Below, piece after piece: positions 19,845 through 29,458 of a DNA stretch of 64,000 nt. Both the position numbers and the translations under genes were made by a program. How positions within the stretch are numbered: position 1 is the stretch's first letter; each line of letters starts with the position of its first letter. Origin of the DNA: Candidatus Kapaibacterium sp. (GTDB taxonomy: Bacteria > Bacteroidota > Ignavibacteria > Kapaibacteriales > UBA2268); NCBI GenBank assembly GCA_963665665.1, contig OY762428.1, forward strand, positions 1 to 64,000. Direction: 5' to 3'. Under the pieces are notes generated by a model. The model did no database searches. It saw only the letters and a list, made by a program, of their open reading frames with translations, and was not told where the DNA came from.

Positions 19845-20978
19845 TTAATCCCCATTCAAAATGCCAACAACCCTATCCATAATATCAGTTGGTGTACTGC
19901 CTTCGATCTGGCAATTATACCAGATAATTATTGTTGAATTATCTACCGGGTTACTCAGCATAAGGCTCGTATAGCCGGGCATTCCTCCATTATGTCCGTA
20001 ATATCCTTCATAGCTCATCAATCCATAACCGTAAAGCAGCTTACTGCCATCAGCAACAGGCAGGCAGGATTGAATACGCTGTTGATGCATTGTCGCCGAT
20101 AATAAATTTCCGCCTACAAGAGCTTCGGCATAAGTTCTGAGTTCATCTAATGTCGAAATCATATTGCCCGCAGCACCTGCCCATGATATATCAAAAGCCT
20201 CGCATAAATCTGTTTTATCTTCGGAATATTCACCTATATAATAAGCTGCAGAATGTGGTGAAGGGATTTCAGTTCCCTTCTCGGGAAAAAATGTTTTAGT
20301 CAGGTTAAGTGGTTGTAATATTCGGCTTCCAATTTCTTCAGCCAGGCTATTGCCGGTTACCTGTTCAATTATAGCCCCCAACATTATGGTGTTAGTATTG
20401 CTATACATCCATGCAGTTCCAGGATCAAAATAATATTCATACCCAAGAACTAATGCTATTTTCTCATTTACAGTCCACTCTTTCAATAAATTACTGAAAA
20501 CTATCTCTTCAAATTCAGTTGTTTCCAGGTAATCATAAATACCGCTGCGCATATCTGTCAGCATAGCAAGGGTAACTTCATCAGCACGGGGGAATTCCGG
20601 GAAATATACTGATAACTTGTCATCCAGGCTCAGCAGTTCTTCTTCCACTAACTGTAAAAATACAGTTATAACAAATGTCTTTGTATTGCTTCCAATCCTG
20701 AAGTAAAAATCAGCATCCATAGCTGCATTTGTATTCAGGTTAGAGACTCCTGCTGTATAAATAAGGTCCACGCCCTTATCAGGGGACCATACACCTGCAA
20801 CCAATCCAGGCACATGAGTGTTTCCGATAACTGAATCGAGTACTACTTTTATCTTCGACTCATAGATTGCACCATTGTCATTTGCAGATGAGCTGTTATC
20901 ATCACTACATGACTCGATTACAAATACACACAGAATAACAGATAAAAGAAAGAATGTTTTGCGGAAAAAATTCTCCAT
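19845..20978 (-). CDS. serine hydrolase lipoprotein, beta-lactamase/D-Ala-D-Ala carboxypeptidase family
   Basis: IESC lipobox, FRIGSNTK (SxxK), YSN (YxN), GHNGG. Confidence 0.9.
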   Translation of the reverse strand: MENFFRKTFFLLSVILCVFVIESCSDDNSSSANDNGAIYESKIKVVLDSVIGNTHVPGLVAGVWSPDKGVDLIYTAGVSNLNTNAAMDADFYFRIGSNTKTFVITVFLQLVEEELLSLDDKLSVYFPEFPRADEVTLAMLTDMRSGIYDYLETTEFEEIVFSNLLKEWTVNEKIALVLGYEYYFDPGTAWMYSNTNTIMLGAIIEQVTGNSLAEEIGSRILQPLNLTKTFFPEKGTEIPSPHSAAYYIGEYSEDKTDLCEAFDISWAGAAGNMISTLDELRTYAEALVGGNLLSATMHQQRIQSCLPVADGSKLLYGYGLMSYEGYYGHNGGMPGYTSLMLSNPVDNSTIIIWYNCQIEGSTPTDIMDRVVGILNGD

Positions 20979-21391
20979 GACTTCTCCGGGGTTGGTAAAA
21001 AAAAATGTTACATATATTAATATACGAACGATAATTCAAAAAGTCAATATCTTATTGAAGGGCAATTCGTCAAAATTCCTAATGATAGTTATTAAACAAA
21101 AAAGCTTTGGAAACAAATTACCCCGCCGGCTGTTTTTGTCCTCCTACTTCGCACTTCATTCTTAGCTTAAAATAATTCATATTGCTGCACTGATTAAATT
21201 TGCGAATCCCGAACAGTGATACAGCTCAGAAATAGAAAAGCAATAACTATTTCGGAATATTGTTGCTTTCTGCGGCGTTAAAATATTTGTGGGATCAGGA
21301 TTGAAATAATTCTTCAAGGGGGGCAAAAATAAAATCACCTGATCTCTTGCAAAATTTCAATAAATACCTTAGTTTTTGAATTACAGGACAG

Positions 21392-23875
21392 ATGATTCAT
21401 TTTGAAGTCGGTGAAAAGATGAGGTTTCGGATAACTGGTCGAATTTTTCAGATTACTTTTTTGATGGTTGTATTATTCTTATCGGGATCAACAAACATTT
21501 ATTCAGGTGACAGGCCGAAAATTGGCCTTGTGCTGTCGGGGGGCGGAGCCAAAGGTTTTGCGCATGTTGGCACCCTGAAATTGATTGACTCCCTTGGCAT
21601 CCATATTGATTATATAGCCGGTACAAGCATGGGAGGAATAATAGGAGCATTGTATTCCATTGGTTATAGTGGTGAAGAGATAGAAAATATTATTCGAAAA
21701 ATTGATTGGGATAGGATTTTCAGTGACAGAGCCGACAGGGAAAGAATTCCAATTCTTGAAAAGGATCAGGATAATAAATATCAGCTTAAACTTGAAGTTG
21801 AAAATTTTTCTCCAAAGGCCCCGGGAGGGCTTGTTGCCGGACAGGAAATTATGAAAATATTTTCGAGATATACCAATCCAGTCAGTACTATTGATGATTT
21901 CGATAAATTTAAAATCCCGTTTCGTTGTGTTGCTGTTGATTTACCAAGCGGCAAAGAAATAGTTCTTGACTCGGGTTACCTTGCACTTGCTATGCGTGCT
22001 ACAATGTCTATCCCCACAGTTTTTTCACCTGTTGAATACGGCGATTACCTTTTGATAGACGGAGGGATATCGAACAATCTTCCGGTAGATGTTGCAAGGA
22101 ATATGGGAGCAGAATTTGTAATTGCTGTTAATGTCGGGCATCCACAGCCCAAAAAAGAAGAGATCAATACTGTTCTTGATGTAACAGTTCAAACGATGTT
22201 CATTCCCGGATTAGAAAAAGAAACAGAGAACCTTGCAGACGCAGAGATACTTATTTCACCGGATATTCTTGATTATGGAACGGGCGACTTTGTGCAAAAT
22301 GATATTCTCGGAATTATTGAAAAAGGAAATATTGCCGCTGACGAAAACAGGGACAAATTGGCTGATTTTGCAAAAAAAATTGGTGTAGAAAGGAAAGATA
22401 ATGACAATTCCCAGGGTTTTAGTCCATTAATCATTGATTCAGATCTTCAGAATTTTAAAATCAATTCTATTGAAATCAGCAATAATAAAATTGTTTCTAC
22501 CGAAGAAATACTTACTACGATAAAAATTGATACCGGATTATATATTAAAAATATCAATTGGAATAAAGTCCGGGAAGCCCTTGATATTTGCGGATACTTT
22601 ATTAATACTGAATTTTTCTACAGGAAAATGAATGATTCAGCAGCAGAACTGAAACTTAATGTGGTTGAAAAAACCAAACCGCTGATTAAAAATATTGATG
22701 TACATGGAAATCAACGTTTCCACAAGTGGTTTATACGCGACTTATTATCCCTGAAAAAAGGCGACAGCCTGGATTTTGACCTCATTGATGAGAGAATTGA
22801 TAACTTATTCAGCCTCGGGTATTTCAACCAGATTTTCTATACGGTTGAGCCTCTGGGCGGAATGGATATTAACCTGCATATTCACATTAAGGAAAAAAGC
22901 CGGGAAAGCCTGAACCTGGGACTGAAATACCTTGAAAAATATAAATTTATTACCTACCTGGGATTTGTTTACAACAGCCTGATTTTTGATGGTGTCAGGG
23001 CTCAGGCTGATATGGAGTTTGCAGGCTGGAACAGGCTTACATTCCACTTGTCCTACCCGAGCATGCAATTTAATAATATCATCTATCCTTACATCCGTTT
23101 AGACTGGAAACGATTGGACGAAAACCATTTTTCGGATGAAGGTAAGGGCGTTGCCAGTTACAAAGTTAAAGACGGAACAGCAGGTTTGGGAGTAGGTTTT
23201 TTATTTAGCAATTCAAGTTACCTGGAAACTGAAATTGCAATGCATTATCTTAATTATGAGGGAACAGTAGCCTCGGATGACGATATTGATACAACAAATA
23301 CAGTCCTGATAAGCAGATACCTGCTCGACGAACTGGATAATTCTATGGTTCCAAACAAAGGAATGAAAGTAAAAGCAAGTTTTTATGGCCTTTTTGCACC
23401 CAGGCTGCTGGATGGAATACCATTTTTTAAATGGAATATCAGCGCCCGTATATACCAGCCCCTTTGCAAGAAGCTAAACTTAAGGATTTCCGGACTTTAT
23501 GCCGATGCAAACAAAGATAATATCCACCCTATCTGGTATCATAAGGATTCGGGCCCGGAAAACTTTATCGGATTAAGGTATAATCAACTGAGATACACAC
23601 ATTTTGCATCTGCAGGAATTAAGCTAAGATATGAGCCTTTGGGGGATTTATATGTTAGTGCGGCTGCAGATTTTGGTTTTTGGTTATACAACTCATACTT
23701 CGACACAGAAGGCTACTATCAGAATCAGAACTTGTTTTATGGCATTGCTTTAGGATTGAGCTACAACAGCATTATTGGCATTCTGAATTTTGAATTTGGC
23801 AGTGCTGATAAAAATCCGGTTCAAGCCGGTGTTCATGAATTCTGGTCAACATTCAATTTTGGCTTGCCTATGTAA
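21392..23875 (+). CDS. patatin-like phospholipase with POTRA and Omp85-type barrel (PlpD-like)
   Basis: LSGGGAKG, GTSMG, DGG motifs, POTRA-like segments, aromatic beta-strand C-terminus. Start may be ATG 21419. Confidence 0.87.
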   Translation: MIHFEVGEKMRFRITGRIFQITFLMVVLFLSGSTNIYSGDRPKIGLVLSGGGAKGFAHVGTLKLIDSLGIHIDYIAGTSMGGIIGALYSIGYSGEEIENIIRKIDWDRIFSDRADRERIPILEKDQDNKYQLKLEVENFSPKAPGGLVAGQEIMKIFSRYTNPVSTIDDFDKFKIPFRCVAVDLPSGKEIVLDSGYLALAMRATMSIPTVFSPVEYGDYLLIDGGISNNLPVDVARNMGAEFVIAVNVGHPQPKKEEINTVLDVTVQTMFIPGLEKETENLADAEILISPDILDYGTGDFVQNDILGIIEKGNIAADENRDKLADFAKKIGVERKDNDNSQGFSPLIIDSDLQNFKINSIEISNNKIVSTEEILTTIKIDTGLYIKNINWNKVREALDICGYFINTEFFYRKMNDSAAELKLNVVEKTKPLIKNIDVHGNQRFHKWFIRDLLSLKKGDSLDFDLIDERIDNLFSLGYFNQIFYTVEPLGGMDINLHIHIKEKSRESLNLGLKYLEKYKFITYLGFVYNSLIFDGVRAQADMEFAGWNRLTFHLSYPSMQFNNIIYPYIRLDWKRLDENHFSDEGKGVASYKVKDGTAGLGVGFLFSNSSYLETEIAMHYLNYEGTVASDDDIDTTNTVLISRYLLDELDNSMVPNKGMKVKASFYGLFAPRLLDGIPFFKWNISARIYQPLCKKLNLRISGLYADANKDNIHPIWYHKDSGPENFIGLRYNQLRYTHFASAGIKLRYEPLGDLYVSAAADFGFWLYNSYFDTEGYYQNQNLFYGIALGLSYNSIIGILNFEFGSADKNPVQAGVHEFWSTFNFGLPM

Positions 23876-23945
23876 TTATTGATATTTTCGCCTGGCAAAT
23901 TTAACATACTCAACTGTTGAGTATGAGTTTTTTATAGATTTGTTT

Positions 23946-24080
23946 TCATTTGTGCCAGAAATGCCTTGCATACTGTTCAATAGGTTTTTTACGTATTTCA
24001 ATACATTCCTGAATATATGATAAGCAACCCTCAATTGCCTCTTTCAGATTTGCAACTAATTCATACATATCATCCCCCTG
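23946..24080 (-). pseudogene. HicB-like antitoxin fragment
   Basis: Minus-strand frame reads QGDDMYELVANLKEAIEGCLS, resembling HicB QGDT.EE...N..EAIEG.L. No N-terminus or start codon. Confidence 0.45.
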
Positions 24081-24175
24081 GAGTTCTGTTCCAAAAGCAT
24101 TTTCTAATAAAGTTATACTTCGGATTTCAAAGTGGAAGTGGGAATGAGGGAAAAATGAAGCCAGTTGCTATTCAA

Positions 24176-24370
24176 CTATTCTTTATCGTCTTTTTCTTGA
24201 TAATTTCTGATCTCATCAGACAAATGGCTTTCTATCATTGGCATAGCGTCTTTCACAAATTGTTCCAATTCGTAAGTTGCCACGCCGAGAGGCAAATCCA
24301 TTCTCCTCATTGCATATTCAACTTTTATTTTACTTTTTGAGACGCACAGCAACAGGCCGATGGTACCAGG
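24176..24370 (-). pseudogene. C-terminal fragment of YhcG/DUF1016 PDDEXK protein
   Basis: TIGLLLCVSKSKIKVEYAM...PLGVATYEL matches the DUF1016 C-terminus. The rest of the gene is absent. Confidence 0.65.
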
Positions 24371-24547
24371 TAATTTGTGCAAGCGGCGCTTGCACAATTT
24401 CATTTTCATAGTTCGCTTGTACAAAAGAATAATCGGGATAAGCATCAAAATAGTCGTTTGAAATTATCTCTTTATAGTAAAGCCCTGATATCTTTCAAAT
24501 AAGAGAAGACCCACCCCGACTCGCTGCGCTCGCCACCCCGCCAGCGG

Positions 24548-26059
24548 TAATAGCACGAAGATTAGGAATTAAAGAAAATATTTCTTATATTTGCACATAA
24601 ATAATTGTTGTGCAAAGGAGAAGTATTATGAAAGCAAACCGTTCTCTGCAATTAAGTTACGAAATAAAAAGTCAAATGGGCAAAGACTTGTCTTCAATAT
24701 TCCGGGATTATTATCCTTTTGACCTGGTAGAACATTACAAGAGGCCAGGCGAACGCGACAGATTATACAGCACAAGCACAACTTTACTGACAATGATTTT
24801 AACTGAGATCCAGCAGGATAAGAGCCTACAAAATTCTGTCCTAATTTATTCTACAATCCATAATAAGAATATTGAAAAATTAAAATATCAACAGGAGACT
24901 TTTCTTAATTCAAAGGAAAACAATGATCAAAAGCGCAAGCCCGGAAGGCCTCGCAAGAGTATTGGCAGGATAGCCAAAAGTAAAATGCAGAGCGCTTCCA
25001 GCGACACCTCAGGATATTCCCAGGCAAGGCAGAGAATAAATCAGGATGTGTTTGATGCGGTATTTACTGACTCGGTAGAATCTCTGGAATCATCCTGTGA
25101 AAGTAAATGGCACGGGATGGATGTGTTTTCAACCGATGGCACTTACCTTCAGATGCAGGATACAGAAGAAATACGCAAAGAATATCCAAACACGGGAGGA
25201 GGCTATCCCCGTGGCTTGCTGCAGGTAATAATAAAACACGGTTGCGGAAGTATCCATAATTTTAAACTTAGTTCGGATAAGACAAGCGAACTGAGCTTAT
25301 TTGCTGAAATAATGAGCAACCTTCCCGGAAATTCACTTTTACTGGCTGACGACCTTTACAATTCATATCTTATGTTTTATATGCTGAAAGAATTGAAAGT
25401 AGATATAATTGTACCGGGTAAAAGGAAGAGAAACTATCAGGTTGTGGAAACTATCAGCCATGGGGATGAAATAGTTGAAATCAAAACACCTTCAAAATCG
25501 CGGATCATCGGAGGAGCTGAAAAACTTAAGAACCTGAAAAACAGAACTTTAAAAATGAGAAGGATAGAATACTCCTCTCCTGATAATGAAAATAAGAAAA
25601 GAGTCCTTTGGACATCTCTTCTGAATAAAAGAATAAAGAAGGAAGATATTATCCTGAAATATGAAAGCAGATGGGACATAGAAGTAAGTATTAAAGAAAT
25701 AAAAACAATAATGGACATAAACATTGTTCGCTCCAAGAAGCCTGACATGGCATTAAAGGAGGTGACTAGTGCTTTGATTGCCTATAATTATGTAAGAAAA
25801 ACAATCGCTGAGGCTTCTGCCGAAAGCGATTTTCCCCCCGAAACAGATATCATTCAAAAGTTCTATGAGATTGATACGCCATGCCTTGTGGATAAATTGG
25901 GCAGAAAGTATGCCAAATGGTCTCCAGGACGAAAAGGAAAGGCTAAAGCATGAGATATTAAAACATATTATCCCTGAACGACCAAACCGCCATTACCCGA
26001 GAAAGTGTAAGAAAGGTAATTATAGAAAATTCAGATAGCTCTTTATCTTCGTGCCACCC
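24548..26059 (+). mobile_element. IS4-family insertion sequence (about 1.5 kb)
   Basis: Imperfect TIRs taatagcacgaagat / atcttcgtgccaccc. Direct repeat CCGCCAGCGG at 24538-24547 and 26060-26069 (exact ends uncertain by 1-2 nt). Confidence 0.85.
24610..25953 (+). CDS. IS4-family DDE transposase (alternative +1-frame C-terminus runs to 26038)
   Basis: STDGT, LLADDLY, Y..RW.IE...KEIK (YREK signature), AYNYVR. Confidence 0.9.
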   Translation: MQRRSIMKANRSLQLSYEIKSQMGKDLSSIFRDYYPFDLVEHYKRPGERDRLYSTSTTLLTMILTEIQQDKSLQNSVLIYSTIHNKNIEKLKYQQETFLNSKENNDQKRKPGRPRKSIGRIAKSKMQSASSDTSGYSQARQRINQDVFDAVFTDSVESLESSCESKWHGMDVFSTDGTYLQMQDTEEIRKEYPNTGGGYPRGLLQVIIKHGCGSIHNFKLSSDKTSELSLFAEIMSNLPGNSLLLADDLYNSYLMFYMLKELKVDIIVPGKRKRNYQVVETISHGDEIVEIKTPSKSRIIGGAEKLKNLKNRTLKMRRIEYSSPDNENKKRVLWTSLLNKRIKKEDIILKYESRWDIEVSIKEIKTIMDINIVRSKKPDMALKEVTSALIAYNYVRKTIAEASAESDFPPETDIIQKFYEIDTPCLVDKLGRKYAKWSPGRKGKAKA

Positions 26060-26123
26060 CCGCCAGCGGGGGACAATAAAAGATATACCGCCATGTCCCC
26101 CGCTGGCTCCGACGCGTCGGGGA
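26060..26123. repeat. REP-like palindromic element interrupted by the IS (left part 24509-24547)
   Basis: gccagcgggggaca...tgtcccccgctggc inverted repeat plus ccgacgcgtcgg palindrome. Confidence 0.65.
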
Positions 26124-26213
26124 ATGACAACGTTACCTGTTCTCCGGCTTTTCCTCTTCCAGTATTTTTTCGGGCAAGTCGGTATTCATGTTTCAAGTTA
26201 TTCAATAAAAAAA

Positions 26214-26243
26214 CTCACCCGACGAAAGAAATCATCGGATGAT
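26214..26243 (-). repeat. conserved hairpin family copy
   Basis: ctcacccgac-gaaagaaatc-atcggatgat, nearly identical to 19791-19820 including the loop. Confidence 0.65.
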
Positions 26244-26281
26244 TAGAAAATGTGAAAGATTATTGAATTTATGCAAACAGA

Positions 26282-28135
26282 TCAAATTTTTGATGCAATA
26301 TAATATCCGTCTTCTATGGCTTGCTTTGCTTTGCCTACTTTATTGGCATCACCGATAATATGGATTTTATCAGTGTTGCTCATTTCTTCAAACGGATTAT
26401 AAGATTTCATCCCTGTTGCAAGGATTATCAGGTCAATATTTTCCAGTTTCTGTTTCATTTCCTTGTTTTCAATATAAATATCTTTCCCGTCAATTTTTGT
26501 AACGGTAGTATTCAGGAAAACATTGATATCAGATTTCTCGAATGATTTCAGAGTTAGTTTCTGTTCTATCATTTCCATGCCGCGGGCAATTTCATCTAGA
26601 ATCTCAACAAGATAAACTTTATTATTCTTCGACAGTAGTTTTGCTGAAATTTCGGTTCCTATCAATCCGCCGCCGATTACAAGTGCATTTTTATCTTCAG
26701 GAAGGTTTTGTTCTTCAAGAACTTCGGCCCAGAAATATTTTTTGAGTCCTTCGATTGGCGGAATCATTGGTTTCGAACCGGTAGCTATAACTACTTCATC
26801 AAAATTTTCAATATCCGCTTTGGTAAATTCTGTTGCAATTATTTTTATTTTCAAATCATTAACAGATTCAATCAGGAAATCGGTCAGTTTGTGCATTGAT
26901 TCTTTATGAGGCGGTAATGAAGCCAGCAGGAACTGTCCGCCGGGTTTATCTTTTTCAAATACTGTAACTTCATGTCCGCGCTTATGCAAAGAAACAGCAG
27001 CGCTCATTCCGGCAAGCCCGGCCCCGACCACAGCAACATTCTTAGCCTTCCCTGCTTTTACAATTACCGTATCTTCAAGCCCTACAATCGGATTAACAAT
27101 ACAGCCCAGGCCGTTTCCGCTTTTCACTCCGCCCATACATCCCTCACTGCATGCAAGGCACGGAGCGGGCTTCCCTTTTACTTCCCCGAGATATTTTCCG
27201 ATAAAGTCAGGGTCTGCAACAAGAGCGCGTCCTACTGATAAATAATTGTTTTTCGACTTTCCCGATATTGATTCGATATCTTTGAACTCGTTAATTTTTC
27301 CTACATATACAACCGGAGTTTTGATAGTTTCCCTTATTTTATCGGCAAATTCCCAGGTTTTGCCTTTGGGTACGAACATGTGCTGGAAAAACCATGGCGG
27401 AGTGGAGCAAACGGTACCCGCAGAAACATGAAGCGCGTCTATCCCCTTTTCATCAAGTATTTTTGCAAAGTTGATCATTTCCGGGAGTTTTATTCCGTCA
27501 GGCAGCATTTCATCAGCACTAATACGAACCATAACAGGTAGTTTAACTGCATTTTTAACAGCATCAAGAATCTCTAATGCAAACCTGATCCTGTTTTCGA
27601 AACTGCCGCCGTATTCATCCTTTCTGTTGTTTACTTTCGGAGAGATAAACTGGCTGGCAAGATAACCGTGCCCAAACTGAAGTTCGATAATATCGAAACC
27701 GGCTTTTTCAGATCTTATTGCTGTATCACAGAACAATTTGACTACATTATCTATATCGTCTTTCGTCATTGCTTTAGGAACAACATTGCGGGTTTCGCAT
27801 GGCAGGTCTGATGAAGAAAGATAATAGTTTCCCGGTAATTTCGGATTTGCCATTCTGCCCGGATGATTAAGGTGCGCAATAGCTTTGGTATTATATCGGT
27901 GAAGTATATCAGTCAGGCTTTTCAGGCCCGGGATTTTGTCGTCATTGTCGATACCAATTTGCGTAGGAAGTTCTCTAAGCCCGGCATCCATGTACATTGG
28001 TTCAGGAGTAAGTGCCCCGATGTATTTGCACCGGCGCTCATAAAAACTCAGATGTTTAGGAGTTATTAACCCATTGCCTTTGCTATAGCCTGCTTTGATC
28101 GGAGGAAAAATAAAATTGTTCTTTAAATTCAGCAT
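26282..28135 (-). CDS. NADH:flavin oxidoreductase (OYE TIM barrel + Fe-S + FAD domain; FadH/BaiH-like)
   Basis: HPGR, GFDIIELQFGHGYL, R.DEYGGSFENR, CLACSEGC...CIVNP, VVGAGLAG, IGGGLIG. Confidence 0.9.
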   Translation of the reverse strand: MLNLKNNFIFPPIKAGYSKGNGLITPKHLSFYERRCKYIGALTPEPMYMDAGLRELPTQIGIDNDDKIPGLKSLTDILHRYNTKAIAHLNHPGRMANPKLPGNYYLSSSDLPCETRNVVPKAMTKDDIDNVVKLFCDTAIRSEKAGFDIIELQFGHGYLASQFISPKVNNRKDEYGGSFENRIRFALEILDAVKNAVKLPVMVRISADEMLPDGIKLPEMINFAKILDEKGIDALHVSAGTVCSTPPWFFQHMFVPKGKTWEFADKIRETIKTPVVYVGKINEFKDIESISGKSKNNYLSVGRALVADPDFIGKYLGEVKGKPAPCLACSEGCMGGVKSGNGLGCIVNPIVGLEDTVIVKAGKAKNVAVVGAGLAGMSAAVSLHKRGHEVTVFEKDKPGGQFLLASLPPHKESMHKLTDFLIESVNDLKIKIIATEFTKADIENFDEVVIATGSKPMIPPIEGLKKYFWAEVLEEQNLPEDKNALVIGGGLIGTEISAKLLSKNNKVYLVEILDEIARGMEMIEQKLTLKSFEKSDINVFLNTTVTKIDGKDIYIENKEMKQKLENIDLIILATGMKSYNPFEEMSNTDKIHIIGDANKVGKAKQAIEDGYYIASKI

Positions 28136-28458
28136 AGCCTCGTCCTTTTAAAAATGTTTAACCCTGTTGTATAAATGTTTTACCATATAATATTAAACAA
28201 ATTAATGAAGAAAGGCAAGTTTTTTTAAATACTAAATATTTCTGTAGCAATGCATTTGAATAATTTTTAAATTATATCATGCTGTTTGTTCGAAAAAGCT
28301 AAATCAGTATTTACAAAAACCCACAAGGAATTTTATGATTAGATAAATATTAAGATTCACCTTCGGTCATTTTTTTCATATAAGCGATTGATGCTGAATA
28401 ATCGAAATATTTTTCATAAATTTGAGTCTTTATTAATTTTAATTTGAAATTTGTTATT

Positions 28459-29457
28459 ATGAGTAATAAAATTAAATGCCTCGTTACAGGAGCAACCGGA
28501 TTTATCGGAAGCCATTTAGCCGATTCCCTGCTTGCAAAAGGATATGAAGTTCGATGTACTGTCAGGAAAACAAGCAATTTACGATGGCTGAAAGATAAGC
28601 CCGTAGTTCTTGTTGAAGCCTCTCTATCCAATAAGGATTCACTTGCGGAAGCAGTGAAAGACGTTGATTATATTTATCATGTTGCCGGATTAACTGCTGC
28701 GAAAAATTATGATGATTTTTTGAAGGGTAATCGTGACGGTACTGTGAACCTGCTGAATGCAGCAGTTGATAATTCTCCAAACCTGAAGAGGTTTCTACAC
28801 GTCAGCAGCCAGACAGCCTCGGGGCCTTCACCGTCCAAAGATAGTCCTGTTGATGAGTATTCACCCTGCCACCCAATAACATCTTATGGCAGAAGTAAAC
28901 GTGCAGCAGAAATTGAAGTTGAAAAATTCTTCGATAAACTGCCGATAACAATAGTACGTCCCCCTGCTGTTTATGGCCCGAGAGATACCGCAACTTTCGA
29001 TATTTTCAAGGCAATGAAAACAGGGATCGCTTCTTATATCGGGTTCGGAAAAAAATATGTATCAATAGTTCACTCAGATGACCTGGTAAGAGGCATAATA
29101 CTCGCGGCTGAATCGGAAAAGTCTATTCGAGAAAAGTATTTTATTGCCTCGGAAAAATTCTATTCCTGGGCTGAGATCAACCCGATTATTGCAAATGCAA
29201 TGGGTAAGAAAAAAGTTCTGCACCTGCATCTCCCCCATTTTCTTGTACTAACTGTTGCAGCTGTTTCCGGATTCTTCGGAAAGTTTTCAGCAAAGCCTCC
29301 GGTATTCAATTACGAAAAGGGTATCGATTTTATTCAGGAGGCATGGACATGCTCGGTGGATAAAGCTGTGAAGGAACTCGGATACAGCCAGGAAGTAAGC
29401 CTTGAAGAAGGTATGAATCAAACAGCAAAATGGTATAAGGATAACGGATGGCTATAA
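28459..29457 (+). CDS. NAD-dependent epimerase/dehydratase
   Basis: VTGATGFIG, YGRSK, RPPAVYGP. ATG at 28459. Confidence 0.9.
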   Translation: MSNKIKCLVTGATGFIGSHLADSLLAKGYEVRCTVRKTSNLRWLKDKPVVLVEASLSNKDSLAEAVKDVDYIYHVAGLTAAKNYDDFLKGNRDGTVNLLNAAVDNSPNLKRFLHVSSQTASGPSPSKDSPVDEYSPCHPITSYGRSKRAAEIEVEKFFDKLPITIVRPPAVYGPRDTATFDIFKAMKTGIASYIGFGKKYVSIVHSDDLVRGIILAAESEKSIREKYFIASEKFYSWAEINPIIANAMGKKKVLHLHLPHFLVLTVAAVSGFFGKFSAKPPVFNYEKGIDFIQEAWTCSVDKAVKELGYSQEVSLEEGMNQTAKWYKDNGWL

Positions 29458-29458
29458 T

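Noticed and set aside
19845-20978. Antibiotic-resistance beta-lactamase
   Set aside because: Motifs fit the broad serine hydrolase/DD-peptidase family; resistance cannot be inferred from sequence.
24017-24340. Plus-strand 107-aa ORF and the other short antisense/overlapping ORFs in the track
   Set aside because: No recognisable motifs; they are shadows of real genes or remnants on the opposite strand or frame.
12350-26243. Hairpin repeats as a CRISPR array or integron attC sites
   Set aside because: Spacing is kilobases, there are no cas or integrase genes, and no RYYYAAC/GTTRRRY ends.
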